Source: Trypethelium eluteriae
Lineage: Eukaryota
Reading direction: 5' to 3'
DNA: 47,387 nucleotides
Assembly: GCA_051942245.1 (NCBI GenBank)
Contig: JAVECL010000130.1
Coordinates: 1 to 47,387, forward strand
Each line of letters opens with the position of its first letter. Within the stretch, counting starts at the first letter, position 1. This document shows, in pieces, positions 35,801 to 46,880 of the stretch. Made by a program: the position numbers and the translations under genes. The notes below the pieces were generated by a model. That model saw nothing but the letters and a program-made list of their open reading frames with translations. It did no database searches and was not told the DNA's origin.

Positions 35801-37823
35801 CATCGACCTCTCCACTCTTGTCCCGGGGAAGAGGCTCGTCAATGTACTGGACCTTAGTCGGAATATCATATCCAGCTACTTGGTGTCGCAAATCAGCTAA
35901 GAGCTGCTCCGTGAAATTGTGCGGAAGCGAAATTTGAGTTTTGGTTATTCCTGGAGCTAGAACAACCTCTGGAAAACCGCTGTTAGCTTCGATACGCAGA
36001 TGCATCGCGATCTCTTGCGGGACTGCTGGAGCCAGAATTCTGCCAAGGCTTATCAAGTCGAGCATGCAGCTGCTGCATTCGATTGACACGTTCAAAGGAG
36101 TGTCAGGAGGCGGACAGGTTGCCTCGAAATGTCGATTAGCTAACGGAAGCTCATCAGTAATCTCTTTCAATCCGAGTCGTTCCCCAAGCTTAATTCTCAA
36201 GACTTTGTTGTTTCTCTTTGGTACATTTTCCATGAAAACCAAAACGACAGGCCACTTCACTTGCTGCAAGGAAGAGCTGACGGCATCATGCAGCTGCCGG
36301 ATATCAGCCCTGGGTGCCCCCTCCGGCGTAACCAAGACAACACCGACAACTTCTTGCAACACGTCGTGCGTTACTGAGAAGGCGAGAGCCTGGGAGACAC
36401 GTCCAAAGATCGGTGAATCGGGTTTTTGGGCTGCAATCACAATCGCTTCCTCGACTTCGAATGGAGAAATGAGCTCTCCTCCACGATTAATAACCTCTTT
36501 ATTCCGCCCAGTCACAAACAGATAGCCGTCCTCATCCATGTACCCCATATCACCAGTATCGAACCAGCCGTCCTCGGTAAAGGGGCTCGTGTCAATGCTT
36601 CCGTCTGGCCTCAGATATCCTGGAAAGACGGGCTCGCCACGCACCATGATCCGACCGACAGTGCCAGCGTCGCATCGAATGTCGTTGCCATCGAAGATAG
36701 CTAGTTGCGGTCCAACGCTAATCCCCGAAGTCCCTGGTCTGTCTAACACATAGTCCAGTGGGGGGGATGAAATTGGCATGCATTCAGTCATGCCATAGCT
36801 CGGAAGTACCACGCACTGGAATGTGTCACGTATCTGGCATGCAAGGGAAGGGAGCAAACCGCCAGCAGCATTGCAAACGAGCCGAATCTTGCTCTTGTCC
36901 AGAGCGGTAGTACGATTGGAAGCTTCATCTAGAATCATCGAATGCATAGTCGGCGACGCGTAGTACCATGTTGGCTGGAGGTCTTCGACAACATCCCAGA
37001 AGAGGTTAGGATCGAACGCTTTGCAGCAAATTGTCGAACCGCCGGACATAATCGGAGCGAATAGATTTCGTACGAGGCCTCCACTGTCCCATTATGTCAA
37101 TTCCGGCGTGGTTTAATGATACGAAGGGGCGACTTACACGTGGTTCAGCGGCATCAAATTGTTGCAGACATCAGCAGCGGTGAGGCCCCACGATTCTATG
37201 ACAAAAATGACTCCGATCAAGATCGACTTGACAGTCAGTGGGACTAATTTCTTCTTGCCACTGGTCCCGCTTGTGAAAAGCAGGATGGCACAATCACTGC
37301 CAGCGTTTGAAGTGTGTTCACTTCTAAGAAGGCCATCAGAACTTTCGTGCTCTGTGATGTGCGGAGTCAAATCCTCAGCAAGCTCAACAGGGACAACAGC
37401 AATTCCCGACTCGGCTACCCAAGGATCGTGCAGGCCCAGTCGCTCGATGTCCTGAGGTAACGCCAAGACGACATGCGAACCCGCTTGCAATACATCGGCT
37501 CGGATTTGATCTGCGCCACTCGACGCATTGATCGGAGCTGCGGTGTAACGATTGGCGACAGCAACGACGGTGATCCCGAGCAGGGGACCGTTTGGAAGGG
37601 CAATAGCGACAACAGGTTTGGAAGAAACATGAGAAGGAATCCTTAATCGGAAATCCCTCACGAATTGGAAAAGATGTTGATGACTAAGAGATTTGCCCGT
37701 GGATGGATCATGGATAGATGGTTGAAGGTTCGAAGCCCAAAGTAGATCGGCGATGGTGCTGGAAGGATTTTGAAAGAGTGAAGCGCGCTGAGAATTTACC
37801 ACTGGCTGCAGATGGGCCGCCAT
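32874..37823 (-). CDS. Membrane-bound NRPS-like synthetase (1614 aa): adenylation domain, carrier (T) domain, and three TM/hexapeptide-repeat terminal modules; polymalate synthetase / epsilon-poly-L-lysine synthetase architecture. Exons 37823-37138, 37083-35115, 35063-32874
   Basis: A-domain motifs LLFTSGTSGKKK, PLNHVGG, SYGMTEC, GWFDTGDMG and GRNKEVINRGGE. Phosphopantetheine site DFFDLGGDSL. Three repeats (YYRLLGAKIGK, ARALGAKVGS, YFRALGAKIGK), each preceded by hydrophobic helices and followed by [LIV]Gxxxx hexapeptide runs. Spliced length 4845 nt. Confidence 0.88.
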
Positions 37824-40800
37824 TTTTGCAGTACTGACTCTGAAGCCTGACTTGCTTAAGTATCAGAGTGGCAGTCAGGTGGTCGCTCCTCGAAGACCCA
37901 GGTATGTCGTCACCCTCAAATCATAGCAGAGAGGGTGTGGCACTGTCATGATCAGAACAAACGAAGGAGCCAACGGAGTTCCACTTACCAGCAGGGAGAG
38001 AGGTCTGAATAATTAGGGAGGGTATATTGTAGGGCAATGGGGCGGGAGGGATGCTAATACGAAGGAGTGAAAACGACCTACCGGCACCTCCGTAACGCAG
38101 CAGAAGTACGATATATCAATGCCTGCCAGGGCAGCGTTAACCCCCCCTGGCAAACAACTACTAGCCTATGCACAGAAGCTCGATGACGGAAGTTTCATGC
38201 GGCTCGAGCCACCTTTTCGAAATGCATTGATTGCCTAGATACCGCTCCGATGGATTGTCAAAGCCCAAGTGGACGCACGGGTTATCGCCCTTGATGAGAT
38301 TCTTGGAACCCGCTTTCTGCTACAGGAAACCGCATCGGCAAAGGACCCTTTGCCAAGGCTAAATTTGTCCTGGGTCTGCTCATTTCGTACAAGCCTGGAC
38401 GTGTCAGCGAGAACGATGCGGTCTGTGGCTGACAGCATTTAACCCAGTGGCCTGCTAGAAGAGCCCCAAGGAGAATAGGAGCCAGTGTGGAGCCAGGGTA
38501 CCTGCCGAAGTACAGAAACTGGCAAGTCGCTAGTGAGCACCAGCACCAAGGGGCGCCGCTCGCCATCGCGATTAGGGCCCAGGAGCCAGTCCCACTCTCT
38601 GGGAGGGCAGAGAGGAGCCATGTCGTCGGAAAGGGATGGTGAATGAGGAAAGTTGCCAAGCTTTCGCCAATCATTACAAGCATTTTAGGTCTATCGTGCC
38701 GAGAAGGACCGCGACCACTCACCGAGCAGCAACGCCCCCTCTAGCGCGCGGATGCAGCACGCAGTTCTGGCGTGCATCCGATGTTTGATTTTTCGAATCC
38801 GCGATATCGAAACGCTCTGGATCGATCCTGCACCGAGGGAATGCAGAGAGACCGGAGCCATGGTTTGAAGCATTTCTTTCAAACGTCATGGGGCACTCAA
38901 CAGGCAGGTACAGTGCAGTCCGCATCGTAGCTTTTGACTGCATTTTAGCATATTCGGCCGACGCACTTTCATCCCTGTCGAGATGCACCTCTTTATCAAA
39001 AAGTGTTTTGTCTGAGGTGATAGCGAAAAGCAAGTTCTACCACCGTCGCCTTGGCCAGGATCGCTCAATTCGCCCTTCGTTCATTCTGCCCACAGCCTTC
39101 TTCGTAAAATCCTAGACGATCGTCACATTATCTGCTACCCTACAGGGACGTGCGGCCATGCATCTTGCAACTGGTTGCTCTCGCTTCTCCGACGCTCAGA
39201 CTCTGCAGAAGTGTTGAGCTGACGGCGTGCAGAAGCTACGTCAGGTAAGTGGGAGTGGAGTCGTTCCTGTGAACGAGCGCACCGAGCAAATTCCAGATGG
39301 GACACTGCTCAGCTCAAGACTTGCGTGGGGACTCGGTCTTGCTCCGAAACCCAGAGTTTTTAGTGGGTGCATCGCTGCACGATGAAATTTCCGGATAGTT
39401 CTGACAGGTAAAGGACACGGGTTTGCCATCTCTATGCCCTTCGGAGCTTTCCTACACAACATAGTTGCAGCACGCAGTCGTAGCTGCTCGCGTGGTAACT
39501 AGATCGAACACGTCGTGAGCGCACTGTAGGTAGCCACTGGCAGCCACTGCTGGCCCAGTTGCCAGGACTAAGAGTTGCAACGAGGGTGCGGACGGGCTCA
39601 GCTGGATGCGTGCCCCTGCCAAGTGGCTCTGTTTGCGAATATTGCTCTAGCATCGTCCCGTCAATAATTGTTCGACGAACGCCAAGACTATCGCGCGTGT
39701 CGGTTTGAGCGCCCTCGTCGATAGTGGGGAGCAGGTTTTGGCCAGGGGGCGACTGAGGCATTCAGGGAACAGGGTTCGCATGTGATCGGCCGTGCCTGCC
39801 ATCCCTTCCACGGTTTCCTACGGCAGGCAGAAATGAGGATGAGCAGGGGCCATTCGAGCCTGCGCCCGTCACTGCCATCTCCCGCACCGTTGAATCCAGG
39901 GTTCGTCACTCTCCAGCCGGGTTGAAGGGTGCAAAGGACCATGAGCGCCCCTCACTTCAATCTTCCAAGGCTCCCACGCTCTCAGCTGCATGCTCCGACT
40001 GGAGGTTGAGATTTGGATGAAAAAGATCACGACTACCCAAACCGGTGGATCAAGAGGTAGATCATCTTCCTAAACTAGCGCCTCACTCTCATCTGCACGT
40101 TACCGCTAATTCTTCCCACGCAGATCCAATTTTAGATTCCTCTCGTACCTTTTTGGGCACCTTGCGCCGCCTTCATCTTAGTCCGAATAGTCTGTGCCGA
40201 GTGAGTTTTCCTGCAGTCGAGACGAGACCCTAAAGCTTGCTCGAGATTGGATTGGCGGTTTCGTTCAAAACCCTAGCTCTGCTCTTACCCAAAAATTTTC
40301 CCCTGGAATAATGTCTCACGTCACTTGAAGAGAAGGTGAAAAAAAATTCCTCTGGCTACCTTGGCTGATGCCTCGCTCCTGGGCAAAGTGGAGGCGATGC
40401 GTCTCAGCATGAGGGTCACCGAGAGTCATAGTCAGCGGCGCCGATCAGTGAGGGCGTGCATGCCAAGGATTGTGCAGGCCTGCATCAAAACAATACCGCA
40501 ATGCATCAAGAATCATCCGAGACGTGCCCGCTCTAGGACTCCACAGAGAAAGCGGGAGGCCAGCTCGCGAGTCGGGCCGGCTCCCATGGGCTCCACGATT
40601 CCACCGCTGACCCGCTTACCACGTTCCGTGTCACTTTGTGTAAGCCCCAGGTGCCCAGAAGCCATCCGCCGATAGCACTATACGCTATTTTGGCTCCGAT
40701 CCTGCAAATCTCTCCCGCATCCGCACCATGCTGGTACTAGCCGCGCCCAAATGCGTCCTCCCCAAGCGAATAATTCCCTATTCAGAGCTGCATCAAAGGG

Positions 40801-41200
40801 CGGGACACAGCTGTCTGTCAGCCTTGAAGCTTCACTCGCAGAAGCCACACCGAGCCATAAAGTCTGGCTTTCGCGCAGCAACGTGGGCGAGGCTCGATGA
40901 TCCCGTCGCGACACAGACGGTGAGCGACCGTCAGTGTAACTGCCGTCCAGCTATTGGTGACTTGTTTGCAGTCGCCCAGAAGCTCTTTCAAGCTCAGGAC
41001 CAGCCACAAAGTCAGTAGTCAGGGACTGGACTGTTCTACATGTGTGATTTGACGGCATCCGACTTCGGAACACAGACTGCTGCCCATATGCAACCCTCCT
41101 ACTCAATTGACATATAATAGCTACTTATCCTTGCCGTCAATCTTTTTCGTCTGCTCGGTCTTGTTCCTCAATAATTGCTACTCACACTCGTTCATCGAGA
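37824..41200. promoter_or_regulatory. Long divergent promoter shared by the NRPS-like synthetase and the WSC-hydrolase, with clustered PacC-consensus (GCCARG) and Crz1-like (SAGCCWC) motifs
   Basis: GCCARG/CYTGGC at 38125, 38146, 38352, 38492, 38655, 39050, 39054, 39561, 39618, 39681, 39741, 40360 and 40462. Crz1-like 7-mers at 38206, 38425, 39541, 39623, 40889 and 41001. No convincing CDS in the interval. Confidence 0.6.
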
Positions 41201-44200
41201 ATGGCCCCCTTGTATGCCAAAGGGTACGGCTTCGTAATGTCTCTGTTTTTCCGTCTTCTATTGCTCACGGGCCTCGTCTCGGCTCAGAATTATGTCGGCA
41301 CTCAAATCAACAACAGCCTGCCCTTCGTTCCTGGCTCCGAGATCACCTACTTCAACGTCATCAGTTCTTCCGGGCTCAACCTCACTCTCACCAATTACAT
41401 GAGTTTGAACAGCTCTGGTAAACGCTTCGATCCCACCAAAATCCAGAGGGCTGTTATCATCATTCATGGCTTGCAGCGAGATCCAGGCACTTACATGGCC
41501 AATATACTCAGTGCCCTTTCTCAAGTTCCCAACAGGCCCGATGTCTCCGTTGATTCAGTGGCCATCATGGCTCCATACTTCCCCAACGGTGATGACAAGA
41601 ACTATGGATATCCTTGGACCGATGGGCTTGCTCCTGGTAAAGGCTCAACGACCAATGCCCTTGTCTGGCAGGGGTCCCAGTGGGCTGGTGGTGCAAACAA
41701 CCAGTACCCCTCTTACTCCGTTCACACTTCCTCCTATGATGCGTTGGACCAAGCTGTTAAGTGGTTTGACAACACCGCTGTTTTGTAAGTCCGGCCATCG
41801 GTAATCGCCTATTTGTTAATTTCTTTTTAACGTCTCCCAGCCCAAACATGCACCAAATCGTCATAGCCGGTCATTCGCTCGGAGCTCAGACGACTAATCG
41901 CTATGCTGCCATCGGCTCTGTGCTAAACACTAAATCGCCCGTGAACTATTGGATTGCCAACCCGAACAGCTGGTTATGGTTCAACAGCTCTCGTCCTCTC
42001 GATACTTCCTCCTGTCCCACTTATGATGATTACCGCGAAGGGCTCTCTAATTTCACTAATACGTATGGAGCAACTCTTCTCAAGGGCGGAGGTTCGGCTG
42101 TTCTGGCGCGATGGAATTCACGCAACATTAATTTTGCGAGGGGCACACAGGATACTGGAGATGATTCTACAACCTGCGCCCCTGAGACGACAGGTTCTAA
42201 TCGTAATGAGCGCTTCTTTAACTTCATCAGGTGGTTCCCACCGAGCTGCCCGAATCCTACTAGTGGCCCTTGCGATACTGTCGACTACGTTAATGTTGGA
42301 CACGATGCTGGTGCGATGATGGCGAGCCCCGCGGGTCAGGCGCGTCTCTTCCTTGACAACTTTAGTGGAGACAAGTCGAAGGCCACGGACTTTGGATGTC
42401 CTCGTCTGCAGACTGGAGATGATCCCTACCCAAATAGTACTTGCACACAGCCAGTTGCTCATCCTGACCAGGGTACTTACTCGGGATTGACATACCAGGG
42501 CTGTTATAGTGACTCTCAACCGCATCAATTGCCCTATACTGCTTACGCAGGCAACTCCGCCGCTACTTTGGATCTCTGCGCAAGCAGCTGCGTCAAAGCT
42601 GGGTACTCTATCGCTGGTGCCGAATACGGCAATGAGTGAGTGGATGTGCACCGTGAAAGCAAAAAACCTCATCTAACTATCCATCAGGTGCTATTGTGGC
42701 AATGCTCTAGGTTCTCTATCACATCAAGATGTGGACGCTGGGTGCACCATGGCATGTGCAGGGAATAGCAGCCAAATCTGTGGAGCAGGCAACCGCTTCT
42801 CGCTTTTGTCTGCCGGTGCTCCCGCAACCCAAGCTGCTCCGTCAAATCCAGCTACAGTAGGTTCCTATAATTTTACAGGGTGTTATACGGACAATAAGGC
42901 AGGGCGAGCGCTTACGGCCAAATCTACCTCAGGTTCGAGCATGACGCTCGAGAGCTGTGCGTCATTTTGCTCAGGCTATACCTACTTCGGCACGGAATAT
43001 GCAAACGAATGTGAGTCTTTTAGTCCTCGTACCTTGCTAATGATTCCATTCGCTAACCACTCCCAGGCTACTGTGGCAATTCAATTGTTGGTAGCAATAC
43101 TGTTACGACCACCACGTCTTGTTCCACAACATGCGCCGGCAACACTACCGAGTACTGTGGAGGTGGGAACCTCCTAACCGTCTATGTCCTTAACGGAACT
43201 GTTGCATCTTCATCATCAACGTCGAGCACCTCTTCAACGACTAGTGGATCATCAACATCAGGAACAGGGACATCCACCTCGACTTCGGCAACGTCAACCG
43301 CGTCTGCTGTCTCGTGCCCAGCTTCGAACTCTACTACGTACACAGCGCCAAATGGAGATCAGTTCGTGATTGAGTGTGGCATCGATCATGTCGGCGGGGA
43401 TTTGGGAGTGAACACTACTAACACTTTCCAGGATTGTATCAATGCCTGCAGTACCATATCTGGATGCGTTGATGTTTCTCTTTCAGGCGTGGCCTGCTAC
43501 CTCAAGAGCACCTTGACTTCTGGTTCAGCGAATGCCAACATCTACGGGGCACGTCTTGTAACCGGCAGTTCACCATCTACAGTCGGCGGTGTGATCTCCA
43601 CAACATCTTCGTCTTCGTCTTCCTCCACGGGCACCACTTCATCCACGACTTCGTCAACTACTGGATCAACCTCTTCGAGCTCGACTACAGATATCTCGTC
43701 TACATCATCTACTGGCAGTTCGTCAAGCTCGTCAACAGTTTCTTCGTCAGATACCACCACCACTAGCAGCTCAAGTTCATCTACAAGCGGATCGTCGAGC
43801 TCATCTACTGTCTCTCCCTCGAGCTCCTCTACGAGTAGTTCATCCGTTTCGTCTGCAAGCAGCTCCTCCAGCTCGTCTACAGCATCTTCAATGGGCTCGA
43901 CCACTACCAGTTCAACCTCGTCCACAAGCAGTCCATCCAGCTCTTCTACAACCACCTCTTCGAGCTCCTCTGCAAGCACTACGACGACCTCGTCTTCAAG
44001 CACTTCCTCCAGTGCAAGCCCATCTGCGACTCTACCTGTTGGAATTGCTAGTCAAGGCTGCTATGTTGACACCAACAGTCGCGTTCTCCCCAACCTCGCT
44101 TATGCAAACTCGTCTAACACTCCTTCATTCTGCGCCTCGACTTGCCGCTCGAAGGGATTCAAATATGCCGGTACTGAGTATGGCAACGAGTGCTACTGTG

Positions 44201-44685
44201 GCAACGATTTGGAGGCTTCCACTGCTCAGTCCACGGACTGCAATATGGCCTGCGCTGGTGACAGTACTCAGAAATGTGGTGCAGGTTACCGCCTCTCCGT
44301 GACAGTGGACAATAACTGGGTCCAGACATTCTTTGCCGTTCAGAACTACAACACTTGGAACTTGATGGCATGTTACGTTGACAGTGTGAGCTCCCGTATC
44401 CTGAGCCACAGCGTGTCCACTCCTGGAGGTTCATCCAATGCGACAATCAACAATTGCCTTGATGCCTGTGCTGCTAAAGGTTACACTTATTGTGGTGCAG
44501 AATACTACAGCGAGTGTTTCGGCTCGACTACAACACCGAACGCTAGTGCTGTTGCCACTTCATCTACTGGTAGCACCGACCCACTCAAGGCCGGTTGTAC
44601 CTATGCCTGCACTGGCAATGCCACAGAGTCTTGTGGTGGTTCCAACCGTATCATTGTCTACACTAACAACGGTACCTCGACCTAG
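41201..44685 (+). CDS. Secreted multidomain protein (about 1106 aa): signal peptide, alpha/beta serine hydrolase, WSC, WSC, apple/PAN-like module, Ser/Thr-rich linker, WSC, WSC. Exons 41201-41784, 41841-42635, 42688-43010, 43067-44685
   Basis: Signal-like MSLFFRLLLLTGLVSA (the true ATG may be the second one, about 41237). Hydrolase motifs AVIIIHG, nucleophile elbow IAGHSLGAQ, IANPNSWLWF and VGHDAG. Four WSC domains (GCY.D..C...C..Y.G.EY..EC.CG..C...C.GN....CG). Apple-like FVIECGIDH..CINAC..C..V...ACYLKS. No C-terminal TM or GPI signal. Confidence 0.88.
43590..44035 (+). repeat. Low-complexity Ser/Thr-rich coding linker (likely O-mannosylated stalk)
   Basis: About 150 codons almost exclusively Ser/Thr, using mixed codons; no exact DNA repeat unit. 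Confidence 0.85.
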
Positions 44686-46880
44686 TCCAGTGGACGTGAA
44701 CTACCTGCTCTTAGACATGCTCTAATTCCTAATGTTTACTTCTATCGTATGTGACATGAATTTGGAAGGAATTGCGAAAAAGTGCCGGGGCGTAATCCAT
44801 GGTCATCAAATGCGATAGATTTGGAAGATTTCTTTGAAGATACCATTATGCATCTACTGGACTGGCGTCAAGCTACACGGAAAGATGGATAATGTAAGGA
44901 AGGATATAATTTTAATGAAGTAATTGCATTTCTCATCAAGTTGTGTTCGCAAAGCACCTGTCGATGTATGCACTTCGTGAAGTCATATATTGGTGGACAT
45001 GCAGATTGCCGAAAGTAATTTTCTGCTATTTCGCTGACTAGCCAAAGCCAATCAATAAGCCACATTATAGGGCGACTGTAGTCTTCGAGGAGAAATGTAA
45101 TCATCTCGGAGTCACCGTTGATACTTTTAAAATCAAAACACAATGAAATTACCAATAATGTGGCTGCGAATTCACATTATTGGCAATTTCGTTGCTTTCG
45201 GTTTGGCTATCTCTGTCATTGGTGTCCAACGCGTCACTTTGTCGCAAGTTAAATAGTCTATATTGTTCATTTGTTCTGATGTCGTGGCTGAAGCATCTTG
45301 GATTTTTCCCAAAAGCGGATTGACGTTTATTGCAGCCGGAACCATGTTGGTTTCTTCATCCTCCGTGGCGCTGGTATTCACTCGGAACCGTCGAATATCT
45401 GCATCAGGAATACCAAGATGCAGAATCCTGACATCCGGGCTGAGCCGGAACAAAGATATGGGCCATTACAAAGTGAGACATGTTGGTATAGGGTCGCCAA
45501 GCTTTTCGGTTATGCCTTGTCTAGCTTGCAGTATGGCTTTTCGGAAAAGACCCGGTCAAGTGAAACTAAAGCCGAAGCTCCAGTACGTACTCCGTTCCGG
45601 AGGTGACGACTAAGTGCATCGCCAAGAAGATCTATGCCTCGCATTGCGCAACCCTAATCAGCCTCACAGCCGGCGGCATCGCAGATCCCAAATACCAGCA
45701 TTGGAGCCACCGGGGGTTTCCGCAACCTGCATTGCACATTAGCGTTATCAGAGCGGGTGGCTTTTTCCCTTTGCAGATTCAGGTCCAGGTGGCGTTGGGT
45801 GTTGCCAAGAGGCACCGTTCGTTAGACCTCTTCACAGGCACGACAGCTCATATTTCGATCTTCACAAAAAGAATTGAATCTTTCAGCTGCACGGGTGGAC
45901 AGAGATACTCCGTCGTTTCGCTCCGAACTCAAATTCTACGCTACGATAAGTGCTCCCTCCGAAATCAGACGATTTGGAATGTGCTCCGTGATGCCAAGGG
46001 AGAAACCGTGCATCACGCTTGTCATTGCGTCCGAAGCACGTCCCTTTGATATCGAATGCCACATTCCGTAAAGAGGCACTCCGTACTCACATCTGCATTA
46101 TCTCAAGGATCAATGAATGTTGAGGACAAGCGCGATGAACTTGTGATGGTCTAATTGGCATGCATCGACGTGGGTGACAATGATGAAGAATGACGCAGCA
46201 TTGTTTTCTTCCGGCTATGGCGGAAAAGAAATTCGGGATAGGAGATGGTACCTGATTGAGATGCGCATGCAGTTTGGAATGAATCCTTGTCGACGAAATC
46301 TTCGATGAGCAACTAAAGGAATAATTGACGTGGTTGAAGGAGAGGCATGAGTTTCTGCACTCTTAGCCATCTGCCTTGCCATAACTTTTGCTACGGTATG
46401 CCGCGACAACCTTTTGCCACAAATTCTCTCACCAAAAATTAAAAATTACCAATAACATCCGCGTCTGATTCTTGTTGAACAGTATTTTTGGCAGCCGGAC
46501 AGTTGGTTGTATAATAGTTCAGATCACTGACCTAAAATTTGAAAATTATGGATACTGCGCTCTCAAAATTGTGTTCAGTATTGGGTAAACTTTGGGACCC
46601 AAGGACGGATGTCGAAACCTGCAAAAAACAAGGACAACCCAGACTTAAATGAAAGTTGAGAGGTTCAAGCAGATGGTGTCCAACTCAGATTCTGATTATC
46701 GGCTCTGTGGGTTGAGATATTCTGTCACAAAGTTTTACTCAAAACGCATCCATCTTGAAGATGAACGCTGCTGTGGTGGTTCGGCCAATCAGGTTCCGAT
46801 CAGCCCGCGGCCTCTCAGATCTCATTCATCGGCGGAGAGAAGACAACCTACAAAGCTACAGTCTTGACAAATTCGGAACG

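Noticed and set aside
32874..37823. Calling the synthetase an epsilon-poly-L-lysine synthetase or classical peptide NRPS
   Set aside because: There is no condensation or thioesterase domain, and the A domain lacks the amino-group-binding Asp motif and looks acyl-CoA-ligase-like. Only the architecture is shared.
43542..44003. Minus-strand acidic/Val-rich 153-aa ORF
   Set aside because: Antisense shadow of the Ser/Thr linker of the WSC protein.
44860..46620. AT-richer spacer with short ORFs and a shared 13-mer AAATTACCAATAA (about 45147 and 46443); considered as transposon relic or LTR pair
   Set aside because: No transposase or RT motifs, terminal repeats or extended similarity around the 13-mer were seen.
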